The notes under the pieces: generated by a model
What the model saw: only the letters and a program-made list of their open reading frames with translations
Databases searched by the model: none
What the model was told of the DNA's origin: nothing
Origin: Heterodontus francisci
Taxonomy: Eukaryota
DNA: 64,000 nt
Direction of reading: 5' to 3'
NCBI RefSeq assembly: GCF_036365525.1
Contig: NC_090404.1
Span: forward strand, 1,426,001-1,490,000
Part shown: in pieces, positions 15,166 to 25,335 of the stretch
Layout of the letters: each line of letters starts with the position of its first letter
How positions within the stretch are numbered: the stretch's first letter is position 1
Position numbers and translations under genes: made by a program

Positions 15166-15269
15166 TTGCTGCTGATCTGCCACCTGTTGTCTAATAAATA
15201 ATTTGAAGAGAACAGGAGACATTATCCCAAATCGCTACACCTGTGACGAGACTGCGAACAATCTTTTAA

Positions 15270-17785
15270 ATGTGATTGCTGATAGTGGAATGGGACAGCT
15301 GATGAAGTGCCAACAAGAGGGAATAAGTTCTTGGACCTCATGCTATCTAACAATACAAGCTTATTCACAAGAGTGTCTGTAGAACCAGAGATTAGTGACC
15401 ATTCAGTCATTGTATCTGACCTCTTTTGTAAATATAGGAAAAAGGCCAAGAGGAAAATCTTTATTAGAAACAGAACTGTCAAGGAAGGAATAAGAAAACA
15501 TCTTCAGAATTTTAGTAATTGCTACCTTGTCAATTTAATTTCATTGTCAATGCATGAAAAATGGGACACACTGCGAAATGCCTTGACAGAAGCCATGGAT
15601 AAATAAGTACCATCCAGGTTCTCATCCAATAGGAGAAACCTCTCCTGGTTCCATAGAGAGCACTGTAGGCCATGCAGAAGGAAACAGCGTCTTTACAATA
15701 AGTCTAAGAGGTTTGTGGATAAAGAGGACGGGAAAGAATTCAAAACCTGCCAGAAAAAAAGTAAAGAAGGCTTGCAACAAAGCAAGGAAAGATTATTTTT
15801 CTGTTCTGATGAAGGGTCACTGACCCGAAACGTTAACTCTGCTTCTCTCTCCACAGATGCTGCCAGACCTGCTGAGTGTTTCCAGCATTTCTTGTTTTTA
15901 TTTCAGATTGCCAGCATCTGCAGTATTTTGCTTTCATTAAGATTATGTTTCTGGGTATCTTACAATCTCTATTAAGGAGAATCCCAAGAGCTTGTGGTCA
16001 TTCATTAAGAAAATCAAAACGGAACAGGTGGAAGCTTCAGATCTCAAAATAAACAAAATATGTGATTGTAAAAGTAAAGCAGAAGCATTAAGTGATTAAT
16101 TTTCCAGTGTGCTTACTCCAGAATATTTCACTCACATACCCAGTTGGGATGCCGAACATATCGGAATTCATTATCAGCAAAGAGGGTGTTTTGAAATTGT
16201 TGCAAAAAATAAATTCAAATAAAGATCCAGATGAACTACCTTCTTGGATCTTAAAGTTAGCAGCTGATGAACTGGCTCTAATATTGATCAATCTCTTTCA
16301 AGAGTCAATCACCATCGGCTACTTACCTGCCCTGTGGAAACAAGCTAACATCTGTGGCATATTCAAACAAGGGGATAAAAGTCAGCCGGAACACTGTAGA
16401 CTGGTTGCAAACAGCATCATTAGCAAATTGATTGACCATATCTTTCATTCTCAGGTCATGATGCATTTTGAAGCTCACAACATTCTGGTAGATAGTCAGC
16501 ATGGTTTTCAGTCAAAAAGATCTACTGAAGCACAGCTTTTACCAGCTGTCAGTAACCTCGTTCCAAGTCTCGAAAAGATGAAACTACTCACATGGCAATA
16601 CTGGATCTCTCAAAAGTTTTAGACAAAGTTCCTCATGAAAATCTCTAGATCAAATTCCACTACCATGGAGTCGGGGGACATTACTAAATTGGATCCAGCA
16701 ATTCCTAACCAACAGAAGACAAAGAGTGGTGTGTGATGGGGAATCATCCTCTCCTAGAGATGTCCTCTCTGGAGTGCCCCAGGGAATGGTGTTGGGACCC
16801 TTACTCTTCCTGACATACATAAATGTTCTTCCCAACAAGTTAAAAAAACAGGCTGTGACTATTTGCAGGTGGTCTATGCATCAGGGAAAACTCTAGATTA
16901 TATTACCTCTTCGCAAGATGATCTTCTGGAATTGCAAAATTGGCAGGACCAATGGGAGATGGCATTCAACATCAAAAAAATGCTCTGTCATGTACATTAC
17001 CAACAAAAAGGACCCAGCAAAAGATAGCTTTAAGTTCTCTAAACAAATTCTCCAACAGGTAGATACACAACTATAGCTGGGGGGGGGGGGGGGGGGGGGG
17101 GGTTCATCTTAAAAGCAATCTTCAATGGGGATTCCACATTCAGCAGATAACATCCAAAGCAAAGAGGGTTCTTGCAACAAAAATATCAGAGTTACAGCTT
17201 ACCAAATATTCGTTCGGCCAGTCCTGGAGTATGCAAGTTGTGTGTGGGATCCTTACATGGCAAGAATAGAAGTAAGATTGAAGCTTTCTAAAGAGATGTG
17301 GCACAATTCTGCACGAATCAATATGGGAAATACACCAGTGTCACATCTTTGATCGACGATTTGGAATGGGAATCACTACAGCAAAAGAGGGAGAAAAGTA
17401 GATTGGTCACGTTCTATAAAAGATGGAATGAACTAATGGGAATTGACAGAAACAAGTACCTAGTGCCCTCTGGCAATGACAAAACACTGGGTAGCCATCC
17501 ACATAAACTCCAAAGTCCATTTATTTCCCAGATAGCGTATCAACAATCTTTCTTTCCAAGAACAATCCCATAGTGAAACAAGCTGCCAAAGGAAAATAGT
17601 GGCAGTCCCAACACTGGGAATTTTCAAGATCCATCTTTAGATCATCTCCCTTTATAAGTTCTTCATTATCAGACTACCCCATATCAGCGGGTCATGTAAG
17701 ATTTAGCTCGCGCTAACCACATTCATAACATTGGCGGAATACAGATGTTAGTCTGTGATACCTAAATAACCAAAGCAGAAGCAGC
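15270..17785 (+). mobile_element. Degenerate CR1-group LINE (APE C-terminus, RT and 3' end), distinct from the other CR1 copies here
   Basis: Peptides PTRGNKFLDLMLSN...ISDHSVI, LWKQANICGIFKQGDK, SQHGFQSKRSTE, SGVPQGMVLGPLLFL, VRPVLEYASCVWDP and SFFPRTI. Ends in gcagaagcag about 200 bp upstream of the IgW ATG. Confidence 0.88.
15804..15938 (+). mobile_element. Short Penelope-type terminal-repeat fragment with a minimal hammerhead-like motif, inserted in the LINE
   Basis: Flanked by a ~15-bp direct repeat aagattat(t/g)tttctg (15789 and 15939). Contains ctgatga-agggtcactgaccc-gaaacgtt. Confidence 0.7.
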
Positions 17786-17799
17786 ACTGAAATCACTGC

Positions 17800-17985
17800 T
17801 GGAGGCGGGGACAGGAAGCTGTGCCTCTGCTTTCAGTGGGTGGAGCTGCTGTTTAAACTGTGGGACCCTCACTCACTCACTCACTCCGCTTCCCTATTTA
17901 AACAGCACTGACTCCAGATCCAAACAAAGCCGCCCTGAAGCAGCCGATTTCTGGTCTGTCTGAGTCTGGGTGAATACACAGGGCG
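17800..17985 (+). promoter_or_regulatory. Putative IgW VH promoter and 5' UTR (no octamer)
   Basis: TATA-like tatttaaa at 17895-17902, with GC-box and Ets-like ggaggcggggacaggaag upstream. No ATGCAAAT seen, consistent with shark VH promoters. Confidence 0.55.
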
Positions 17986-18031
17986 ATGGGGATTGCTCCT
18001 TATCTCTGTGTCCTTCTGGCCTGTCTAACCG
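17986..18031 (+). CDS. IgW: IgW heavy chain leader exon (MGIAPYLCVLLACLT-G)
   Basis: ATG, hydrophobic signal peptide and phase-1 donor G|gtgagt. A 120-bp intron follows, ending at acceptor ttaacag|. Confidence 0.93.
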
Positions 18032-18151
18032 GTGAGTGGTCCCGCAGCTTTATTCCCTCACAGTGCGGCTGCTTATTCGCAGACTCTTTAACCCTCTGTT
18101 TAGACAACGGGTTTATTAAAGTGAACTCTTCTTTTTCTCTTTTATTAACAG

Positions 18152-18463
18152 GTGTCCGGTCCAATATCGTGTTGACCCAGCCCGAGTCAGCTGTGAAAAA
18201 GCTCGGGGAGTCTCACAAACTGTCCTGTACAGTGAGTGGGTTCGATGTCAATGGTCATCACATGAACTGGGTGAAACAGGTCCCCGGGAAAGGGCTGGAG
18301 TGGTTAGTTTGTTACAGGAAAGGACATGGCATTATCTCCGCGCCAGGAATTCAGGGTCGAATCACTTTTTCAACAGAAGCTTCTACCAGCTATATTGAAA
18401 TTCCTAATCTGACAGCCGACGACACTGCCATGTATTACTGTGTGCGATGGTACCCTGGGATGG
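18152..18463 (+). CDS. IgW: IgW VH exon, apparently germline-joined to a D segment (VD)
   Basis: GVRS-NIVLTQPESAVKKLGESHKLSC...MNWVKQVPGKGLEWLV...DDTAMYYCVR has the canonical Cys/Trp/Cys and an IgW-type framework. 16 extra nt (tggtaccctgggatgg) lie between CVR and the heptamer. Confidence 0.95.
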
Positions 18464-18502
18464 CACAGTGTGAGAGATGGGGGCTCCCTCCATTCAAAAA
18501 CC
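18464..18502 (+). promoter_or_regulatory. 23-bp-spacer recombination signal sequence
   Basis: cacagtg (18464-18470), 23-nt spacer, tcaaaaacc (18494-18502). Confidence 0.95.
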
Positions 18503-18717
18503 TGCCACATGAAAGCTATTTAAACTGGACTCTTCAGATGATATCACCGGCTTTTACCTCATGTCCAGTGGATATCAATCAGATCCTGATTCAATAAAAT
18601 CCGGGTGTGTGAACAACTTTCTTTGAAGATATTAGTTGAAAGAGGGAAAATGCAGCGAGTAACAGCTCTGGGATGTAGGACTGAAATGTCGCTGGCAAGG
18701 CCAACATTTATTCCCCA

Positions 18718-18935
18718 TAATAAAAACAGAAAGTATTGGAAATACTCAGCAGGTGGTGAGAGAGAAGCAGAATTAAGGTTTCAGGTCTGTGACCTTTCAT
18801 CAGAAATGGCAAAGGTTAGAAATGTAATAGGCTCTGAGCAAAAGGGAAGGGGGAAGAAGAAGAAAAGGTCTGTGATCGGACAGGAGAGATTAAATGGCAA
18901 AAGGCAAAGGGAGTAGTAATAGTAGTAAAAGAGAA
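18718..18935 (-). mobile_element. Penelope-type repeat fragment, same family as 15804-15938
   Basis: Reverse strand reads ctgatgaaaggtcacagacctgaaaccttaattctgcttctctctc...ctgctgagtatttcc...ttctgtttttatt. Confidence 0.65.
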
Positions 18936-18936
18936 T

Positions 18937-19225
18937 GGCTGGAATTTTATGTTGGACTGGGGGGTCCTAAGTCAACCTCCCACTGCTGGTAATACACCAG
19001 CGGCAATGGGAGGAGGCCCCTAAGTGGCAATTAATTAGCCACTTAGGGACCTTAATTGGCCTGGGACGGGTGGGCCGTTTCTCACCACCACCGCCGGTAA
19101 AATTGCAGCCGGAACGGGAAGGTGACAGGAACGGCACCCCTGCCACCCATTCAATTTTAAAGCCTCCCCCTCACTTCAAGCCTGCTCCTGCGGTTGGGGG
19201 GCGCGGGAGGGATAAAACTCCAGCC
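18937..19225. mobile_element. MITE with terminal inverted repeats (possibly PIF/Harbinger-like)
   Basis: TIRs ggctggaattttat / ataaaactccagcc and an internal palindrome taagtggcaattaattagccactta. Confidence 0.7.
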
Positions 19226-19329
19226 ATAGCATTTGTCCAGAGAGAGTGTTAATGGCAGAATAATGAACAGCTCTGTCCGAAAGCAAAAATATGAAAAACT
19301 AGTTTAAGACTGGAACATGGTTTAAAAAA

Positions 19330-20087
19330 TAATCAAAATGGCAAGTAACATTCAGGCCACTCAATTGCCAAGCAAGGACTATCTCCAAGAAGAGAGAATC
19401 TAAACATCTCCCTTTAACATTCAATGGCATTACCATCACTGAATATGCCACTATCAACATTGACCAGAAACCAAACTGGAGCATCCACATAAATAGTGGC
19501 TACAAGAGCAGGTCAGAAGCTGGGAATTCTGCAACTCACTTCCTGACTCCACAAAGCCTGTCCACCATCTACAAGGCACAAGTCAGGGGTGTGATGGAAT
19601 ACTCTCCACTTGCCTGGATGGGTGCAGCTCCAACAACACTCAAGAAGCTCGACATCATCCAGGACAAAGCAGCTCGCTTGATTGGCACCCCATCCACAAA
19701 CATCCACTCCCTCCACCACCACGCAAAGTGTGTAGCATATATAAGATGTACTGCAGCAACTCACCATGGCTCCCCTAACAGCACCTTCCAAACCCGCGAC
19801 CTCTTCCACCAAGAATGACAAGGGCAGCAGATCCATGGGAAAACCACCACCTGCAAGTTCCCTTCCAAGTCACACACCATCCTGACTTGGAACTATATCA
19901 CCATTCCCTCACAGTCACTGGTTCAAAATCTCGGAACTCCCTAACAGCACTGTGGGTGGACCTACACCAGATGGACTACAGCGGTTCAAGAAGGCATCTC
20001 ACCATCTTCTCAAGGGCAATTAGGGATGGGTGACAAATGCTGACCTTGTCAACGATGCCCACATCCCATGAAATGAATTCAAAAAAA
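19330..20087 (+). mobile_element. LINE 3' fragment (same family as 5598-6475)
   Basis: MEYSPLAWMGAAPTTLKKLDIIQDKAARLIG, a shared 3' end and an A tail. Confidence 0.85.
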
Positions 20088-20207
20088 CAAACACTGCACC
20101 CCAAACTATCTCCAGCTTGAATCAGAGAGCAGGATTTGTTCACTTGTAGCAGTGTCAGTGTGGTTTAATGTGAAGTGACTGGGCTCAGTGACCGTGAAAG
20201 GGGAGGA

Positions 20208-20235
20208 GGTTAATGTACGGGTGTGTATCACAGTG
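20208..20235 (-). promoter_or_regulatory. 12-bp-spacer recombination signal sequence 5' of the J exon
   Basis: Nonamer ggttaatgt (20208-20216), 12-nt spacer acgggtgtgtat, heptamer cacagtg (20229-20235). No nonamer fits at 22/23 spacing. Confidence 0.88.
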
Positions 20236-20295
20236 TCTATAATTGGGGTATACTTGATTACTGGGGCAGCGGAACTTTTCTGACCGTGACTTCAG
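20236..20295 (+). CDS. IgW: IgW JH segment, apparently germline-joined to a D segment (DJ): YNWGILDYWGSGTFLTVTS
   Basis: WGxG motif, LTVTS end and phase-1 donor G|gtaaga. G-rich D-like 5' part tctataattggggtata. Confidence 0.93.
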
Positions 20296-20639
20296 GTAAG
20301 ACAAACTTCTCAATCCCTTCCTTATCTAATATTTTCCTTAATTTGTGTTATTCGTGAGTTTACTAATTCAAGTGTGATGTATGATTCACCTGAAACCAGT
20401 GAGAGATTTAGAACAATTATATGATTCTATCTGAGACAGGCGTATTTCTTTAGAGTCAGGAATATTCCCAGTAATTGGAGCTGGAATCTGATAACTGGAT
20501 GTACTATCAAGGGTTAAGATTTAACCCCACAGAATCGATTATCAGAATCGAATAAAGATTCCAGGATATGTTTAATATGTTCTGCTGGATCCAGATTCTA
20601 GTTTTCAGGACATTTGCTCTGTTGAGGCAGGTTTGATCA

Positions 20640-21100
20640 TTTTTGGATTTTAGGACATTTGCAGGTGGGTTAGGATTTTGTCAAAACACATCATCCAATA
20701 GTGTTGCGATTTAATAATTGATGTTACAGTTGTTTAAAGTTTTATTTTAACATTGCTGGAACAGCTTTTTGGTGTAAACAGAATATGTTCCATGTTTCAC
20801 TTGATAATTTAGTGAGCATGGAGGGTAAATAGTTTGTCCAGAGTGAGAAACAGGGATTGTGTTTATTAAAAAATGCCTCACCCTAACAAGCTTGCAGCAT
20901 AAACCAGTGAGCTGTCTGTACAGACAGGAAACAGGCTGCATGTGGAATAAGATCGTATTTGATTGTGCTTTGACAATAGTTGTTTAACTATCTGTGGTGG
21001 GCGAGCTCAGTGCGAGAGAGTTTAAATCATATCTCCCTCTGAAAGCTCAGCTCGAACTGGACCCACATTCAGGGCTTTAGAAGTGAAAGGGTTTCTGTGC
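20640..21100 (+). promoter_or_regulatory. Possible intronic enhancer region
   Basis: Non-repetitive-looking DNA just 3' of J with clustered E-box, Ets and octamer-like motifs (catttgcaggtgg, ggaaacagc, caggaaacagg). Motif evidence only. Confidence 0.25.
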
Positions 21101-21139
21101 AGTTGAAATTGTTCTCGGGTGATAACAGCATTCGATCTG

Positions 21140-21590
21140 TTAATTGTTAATTTAATGGTATCAGACTTTTCTGTTCATTGCTTTGAAGAAATTTAGATGA
21201 GTAAGAGACGACTTCATTGAAACATAAGATTCAGAGGGGTCTTGACAGGGGGATGTGGAAAGGATGTTTCCTCTTGTAAGAGAATCTGGAACGAGGAGGT
21301 CACTGTTCAAAAATAAGGCATCGCCCATTTCAGACAGAGACAAGGAGAAAATTTTCTTCTCAGAGGGTTGTGAGTCTTTGGAATTCTCTTCCTCAAAAGG
21401 TGATGGAGGCAGAATCGTTGAATATTTTTAAGCCAGAAGTAGACAGATTCTTGATAAGCAAGGGGGTGAAAGATTATTGGGGTTAGGCGGGAATGTGGAG
21501 TTGAGGTTACAATCAGATCAGCCATGATCTTGTTAAATGGTGAATCAGGCTCAAGGGGCCAAGTGGCCTGCTCCTACTCCTAATTCGTTT
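21140..21590 (+). mobile_element. CR1-type LINE 3' fragment
   Basis: Degenerate LRRDFIETYKI...TRRSLFKI-type 3' ORF2 sequence and a 3' UTR complementary to the end of the 7030-9170 copy. Confidence 0.75.
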
Positions 21591-22099
21591 CAATGTTTAC
21601 AATTATTGGATTAAAACATTCGACGAGGAAATTTCATATAAATATATTAACTCACTGATGATTAAATATCACTGAGTGTAAGTCCAATGAGCAGGAATAA
21701 GATCTCATATTGCAGTGTTATTGGAACAAGATTTAACATTCAGGCAGTTCTGGCTGCTCCTTTTAATGGAGACAGGACCCCGAATGAAAGTAATGAGACG
21801 ATCCTTTTTCAGGTGCAGGTTTATGGTTAGTTCAAGGTAAAAGAGCTTCAATTGACATCTCAAACCCTGCTGGGGTGGTAGAGCAAGGGTTTTGTGAAGG
21901 ATATGATATTCTCCAAATATTTCTGGGAATGGTGAAATTCTCCCGTGTGTTATACATAAACTATTTTTCTGCATTTGATCGAAATTCGTTTCTTTCAACA
22001 ACATGATTAACTAAATTAATAAAAGATGGCTTCAATAGAGGAACTTCACTCATTCAGGTGAGCGTTACAAAAAGCACATAGTAAACTTTAATTACACCT

Positions 22100-25000
22100 G
22101 GAACCATAGAAACCTTACAGCACAGAAACAGGCCATTCAGCCCATCGTGTCTGCGCGACTGGAAAAAAAACTAGCCGCCTATTCTAATTCCACCATCCAG
22201 CACCTGGTCTGTAGCCTCGCAGGTTACAGCACTTCAGGTGTATGTCCAAGTACCTTTTAAATGAGTTGAGGGTTTCTGCCTCCACCCCTGTTCCGGGCAG
22301 TGAATTCCAGACACCTACCACCCTCTGGGTGAAAAAGTTCTTCCTCATGTCCCCTCTAATCCTTCTACCAATCACCTTAAATCTGTGCCCCCTGGTAATT
22401 GACCTCTCCACTGGGGGAAACAGGTCCTTCCTGTCTACTCTATCTAGGCCTCTCATAATTTTGCACATCTTAATTATGTCACCCCTCAGCCTCCTCTGTT
22501 CGAAGGAAAACAACCCTAGCCGATCCAATCTTCCCTCATAGCTGCAACTTTCAAGCACTGGTAACATTCTTGTAAATCTCCTCTGTACTCTCTCCAGAGC
22601 AATTATGTCCTTCCTGTAATGTGGTGACCAGAACTGTCTGCAATACTCCAACTGTGGCCTATCCAGTGTTTTATACAGTTCCAGTTTTACATCCCTGCTT
22701 TTGTATTCTATACCTTGGCCAATAAAGGAAAGCATTCCATATACCTTCTTCACCACTCTATCTCCCTGCCCTGCCACCTTCAGGGACCTGTGGACATGTA
22801 CTCCAAGGTCTCACTTCTTCTACCCTTCTCGATATCCTCCCGTTTATTGTATATTCCCTTGCTTTAGAAGCCTTCCTCAAATGCATTACCTCACAATTCT
22901 CTGGATTCAATTCCACTTGCTACTTTTCCGCCCACTCCACCAAACCATTGATATAATTCTGGAGTCTACAGCCATCCTTTTCACTATCAACTACACGGCC
23001 AATTTTTGTGCCATCAGCAAATTTCCCAATCATGCCCCAATCATGCCACCCACATTTAAGTTCAAATCATTAATATATACCACAAACAGCAAGGGATCCA
23101 ACACTGAGCCCTGTGGAACGCCACTGGAAACCACTTTCCATTTCCAAAAATGTCTGTCGACCATTATCCATTGTTTTCTGTTATTGAGGCAATTTTGGAT
23201 CCAACCTGCCACATTCCCCTGTATCCCATGGCTTTCATTTTAGTGACCAGTTTTCCATGTGGACCTTGTCAAATGCCTTACTAAAATCCATGTAGACCAC
23301 ATCCACTGCACTACCCTCATCAATCCTTCCTGTTATTTCCTCAGAAAATTCAGTTAAGTTAGTAAGACACAACATTCCCTTAACAAATCCATGCTGACTA
23401 TCCCTGATTAATCTTTGCCTTTCGAAGTGGCAGTTTATCCTGTCTCTCAGAATTGATTCTAATAATTTGCTCTCCACTGAGGTCAGACTGATCGGCCTAT
23501 AATTATTTGGCCTATCCCTCGCATCCTTTTTAAACAATGGTACAACATTCACAGACCTCCAATCGTCTAATATCTCACCTGTGTCTAGTGAGGATTTGAA
23601 AATGATCCTCTGAGCATCCGCTATTTCCTCCCTGGCTTCCTATAACAGCCTGGGATGCCATCCATCCGGCTCTGGTGATTTATCCACTTTCAAGGATGTC
23701 AGACCCAGGGTTGTCCAACCTTTTCAGTTGTGGGGGGAGCCATATTACAATTTTGTCTTACATGGGGGGCCGACGAGACAATTTTGGAAAGATAAAGGCA
23801 TTAAAAATTTTCCTTACTATTAATCAAAACAACAACAAATTGTGCATTTTTGTGAAGAAGCTTTAAATGAGAAGATTGATTTATTGACTTACTTTCTCAT
23901 CACTATATTGAAAACTGATACCTGGCATTTTTTTGCTTGCACAAGTAGTCAATGTTTGCCCGCACACTTGTAGCAATGCGGAGTATAGATAGCCATCTGT
24001 CGGGAGTGATCTCGATCTGCCTGCTGTCTCTCCCTCTCCCTGTGTTGCCCCCTCTCTGTGTCATCCTCATTCTGTGTCCCCCTCCCCTCTGTCCCCCCTT
24101 TCTCTGTGACCCCTCTCTCTATCTGTGTGTGTGTCTCTCTCTGTCTGTCCTCCTCTTTCTCTCTGTATCCATCCCTCTCTGTCTCTCTGTCCTCTCTCTT
24201 TCTGTCCATCGCCCCTCTCTCTGACAGTTGCAGGGAGTGGGAGCATTCAGCACCGCATTTGTATGGTTGGTCAGTTTGTTTAAAAACATTGTGCTGTCAG
24301 TTTCACAGCTGATAACTGCTGAAGCAGCAACGCGCTTCCCACCTTCGGACAAATTTGGCGTTTTCCGGCAGGCTTTTTAAAAAAAAGTTGGAAAACCCCG
24401 AATCTGTCCGAAGGTGGGACGTGCGTTCCTGCTTCAGCAGCTGTCAGCTGTGAAACTGACAGCGCGATTTTTTTTTAAAGCCAGTGTGCAAGAAGAAGAC
24501 AATGTGAAATTTATCATCTCCAATCATGGACCCCTAGTGAGGATGAGGAACGGCCCCATACAGTTTACACCCGCAGGACGGAACCTAGCCTGTGGGAAAT
24601 ATGTTGGACAACCCTGCTCTAGTTCTTCCTCTCATTATGCTTATCGTAACTAATATTTCACAGTCTTCCTCTTCAACTACAATGTCTGCATCATCGCTCT
24701 CTGTGAAGATAGAGACAGTACTCATTAAGAACCCTGCCCACGTCTTCTGATAGGCCCTATCCTTTCCTTAGTTATCCTCTTGCTCTTAATGTACTGATAA
24801 AACATCTTTGGGTTTTCCTTGATTTTACCTGCCAATATTTTTTCATGTCCTCTCTTTACTTTCCTAATTTCCTTTTTACTTCACCCCTGCACTTCCTATA
24901 CTCCTCTAGGCTTTCTAAAGTATTTAGTTTTTTGTGACGTTATAAGCTTTCTTTTTCTGTTTTATCTTACCTTATATGTGTCTAGATAACCAGGGGGCTC

Positions 25001-25335
25001 TAGATTTGGCAGTACCACCCTTTTTCTCAGTGGGTACATGTCTACACTGTGCCTGTAGAATCTTGCTTTTGAATGCCTCCCACTGGTTTGCCACTGATTT
25101 TCCTTCAAATAGCTGTATCCAGTCCACCTTCGCCAGGTCACCTCTCAGCTTCGTAAAATTTGCCTTTCCCTCAATTTGGAACTTTTAATTCTAATTTTGT
25201 CCTTTTCCATAATAATGTTAAATCTAACTGTATTATGGTCACTATCTCCAAAATGATCACCCAGTGCTACTTCATCCACTTGCCTTGCTTCATTTCCTAA
25301 GACTAAATCTAGAATTGCTCCCCATCTTGTCTATG
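22100..25335 (-). mobile_element. Degenerate CR1-type LINE ORF2, interrupted by a hAT element
   Basis: NYRPISLTSV, SQHGFVKG, MDFSKAFDKV, SGVPQGSVLDPLLF, RPQLEYC and LERVQRRFTRM. Confidence 0.92.
23706..24616 (-). mobile_element. Non-autonomous hAT (Charlie-like) DNA transposon
   Basis: Perfect 14-bp TIRs cagggttgtccaac / gttggacaaccctg. Minus-strand remnant LSILRIATSVRANIDYLCKQK resembles a hAT transposase C-terminus. No clean 8-bp TSD. Confidence 0.8.

Noticed and set aside
13457-15201. 568-aa and 537-aa ORFs on opposite strands
   Set aside because: Artefacts of the 36-bp tandem unit.
17079-17102. Poly(G) tract inside the LINE (another at ~57891-57905)
   Set aside because: Simple homopolymer of unreliable length, with no evidence of function.
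17986-18597. Single 203-aa ORF spanning leader, intron, V and RSS
   Set aside because: The 120-bp intron has canonical splice sites and happens to be stop-free; the ORF also reads through the RSS.
19900-19960. Heptamer-like cactgtg between V and J as a D-segment RSS
   Set aside because: It lies inside a LINE fragment with no correctly spaced nonamer.
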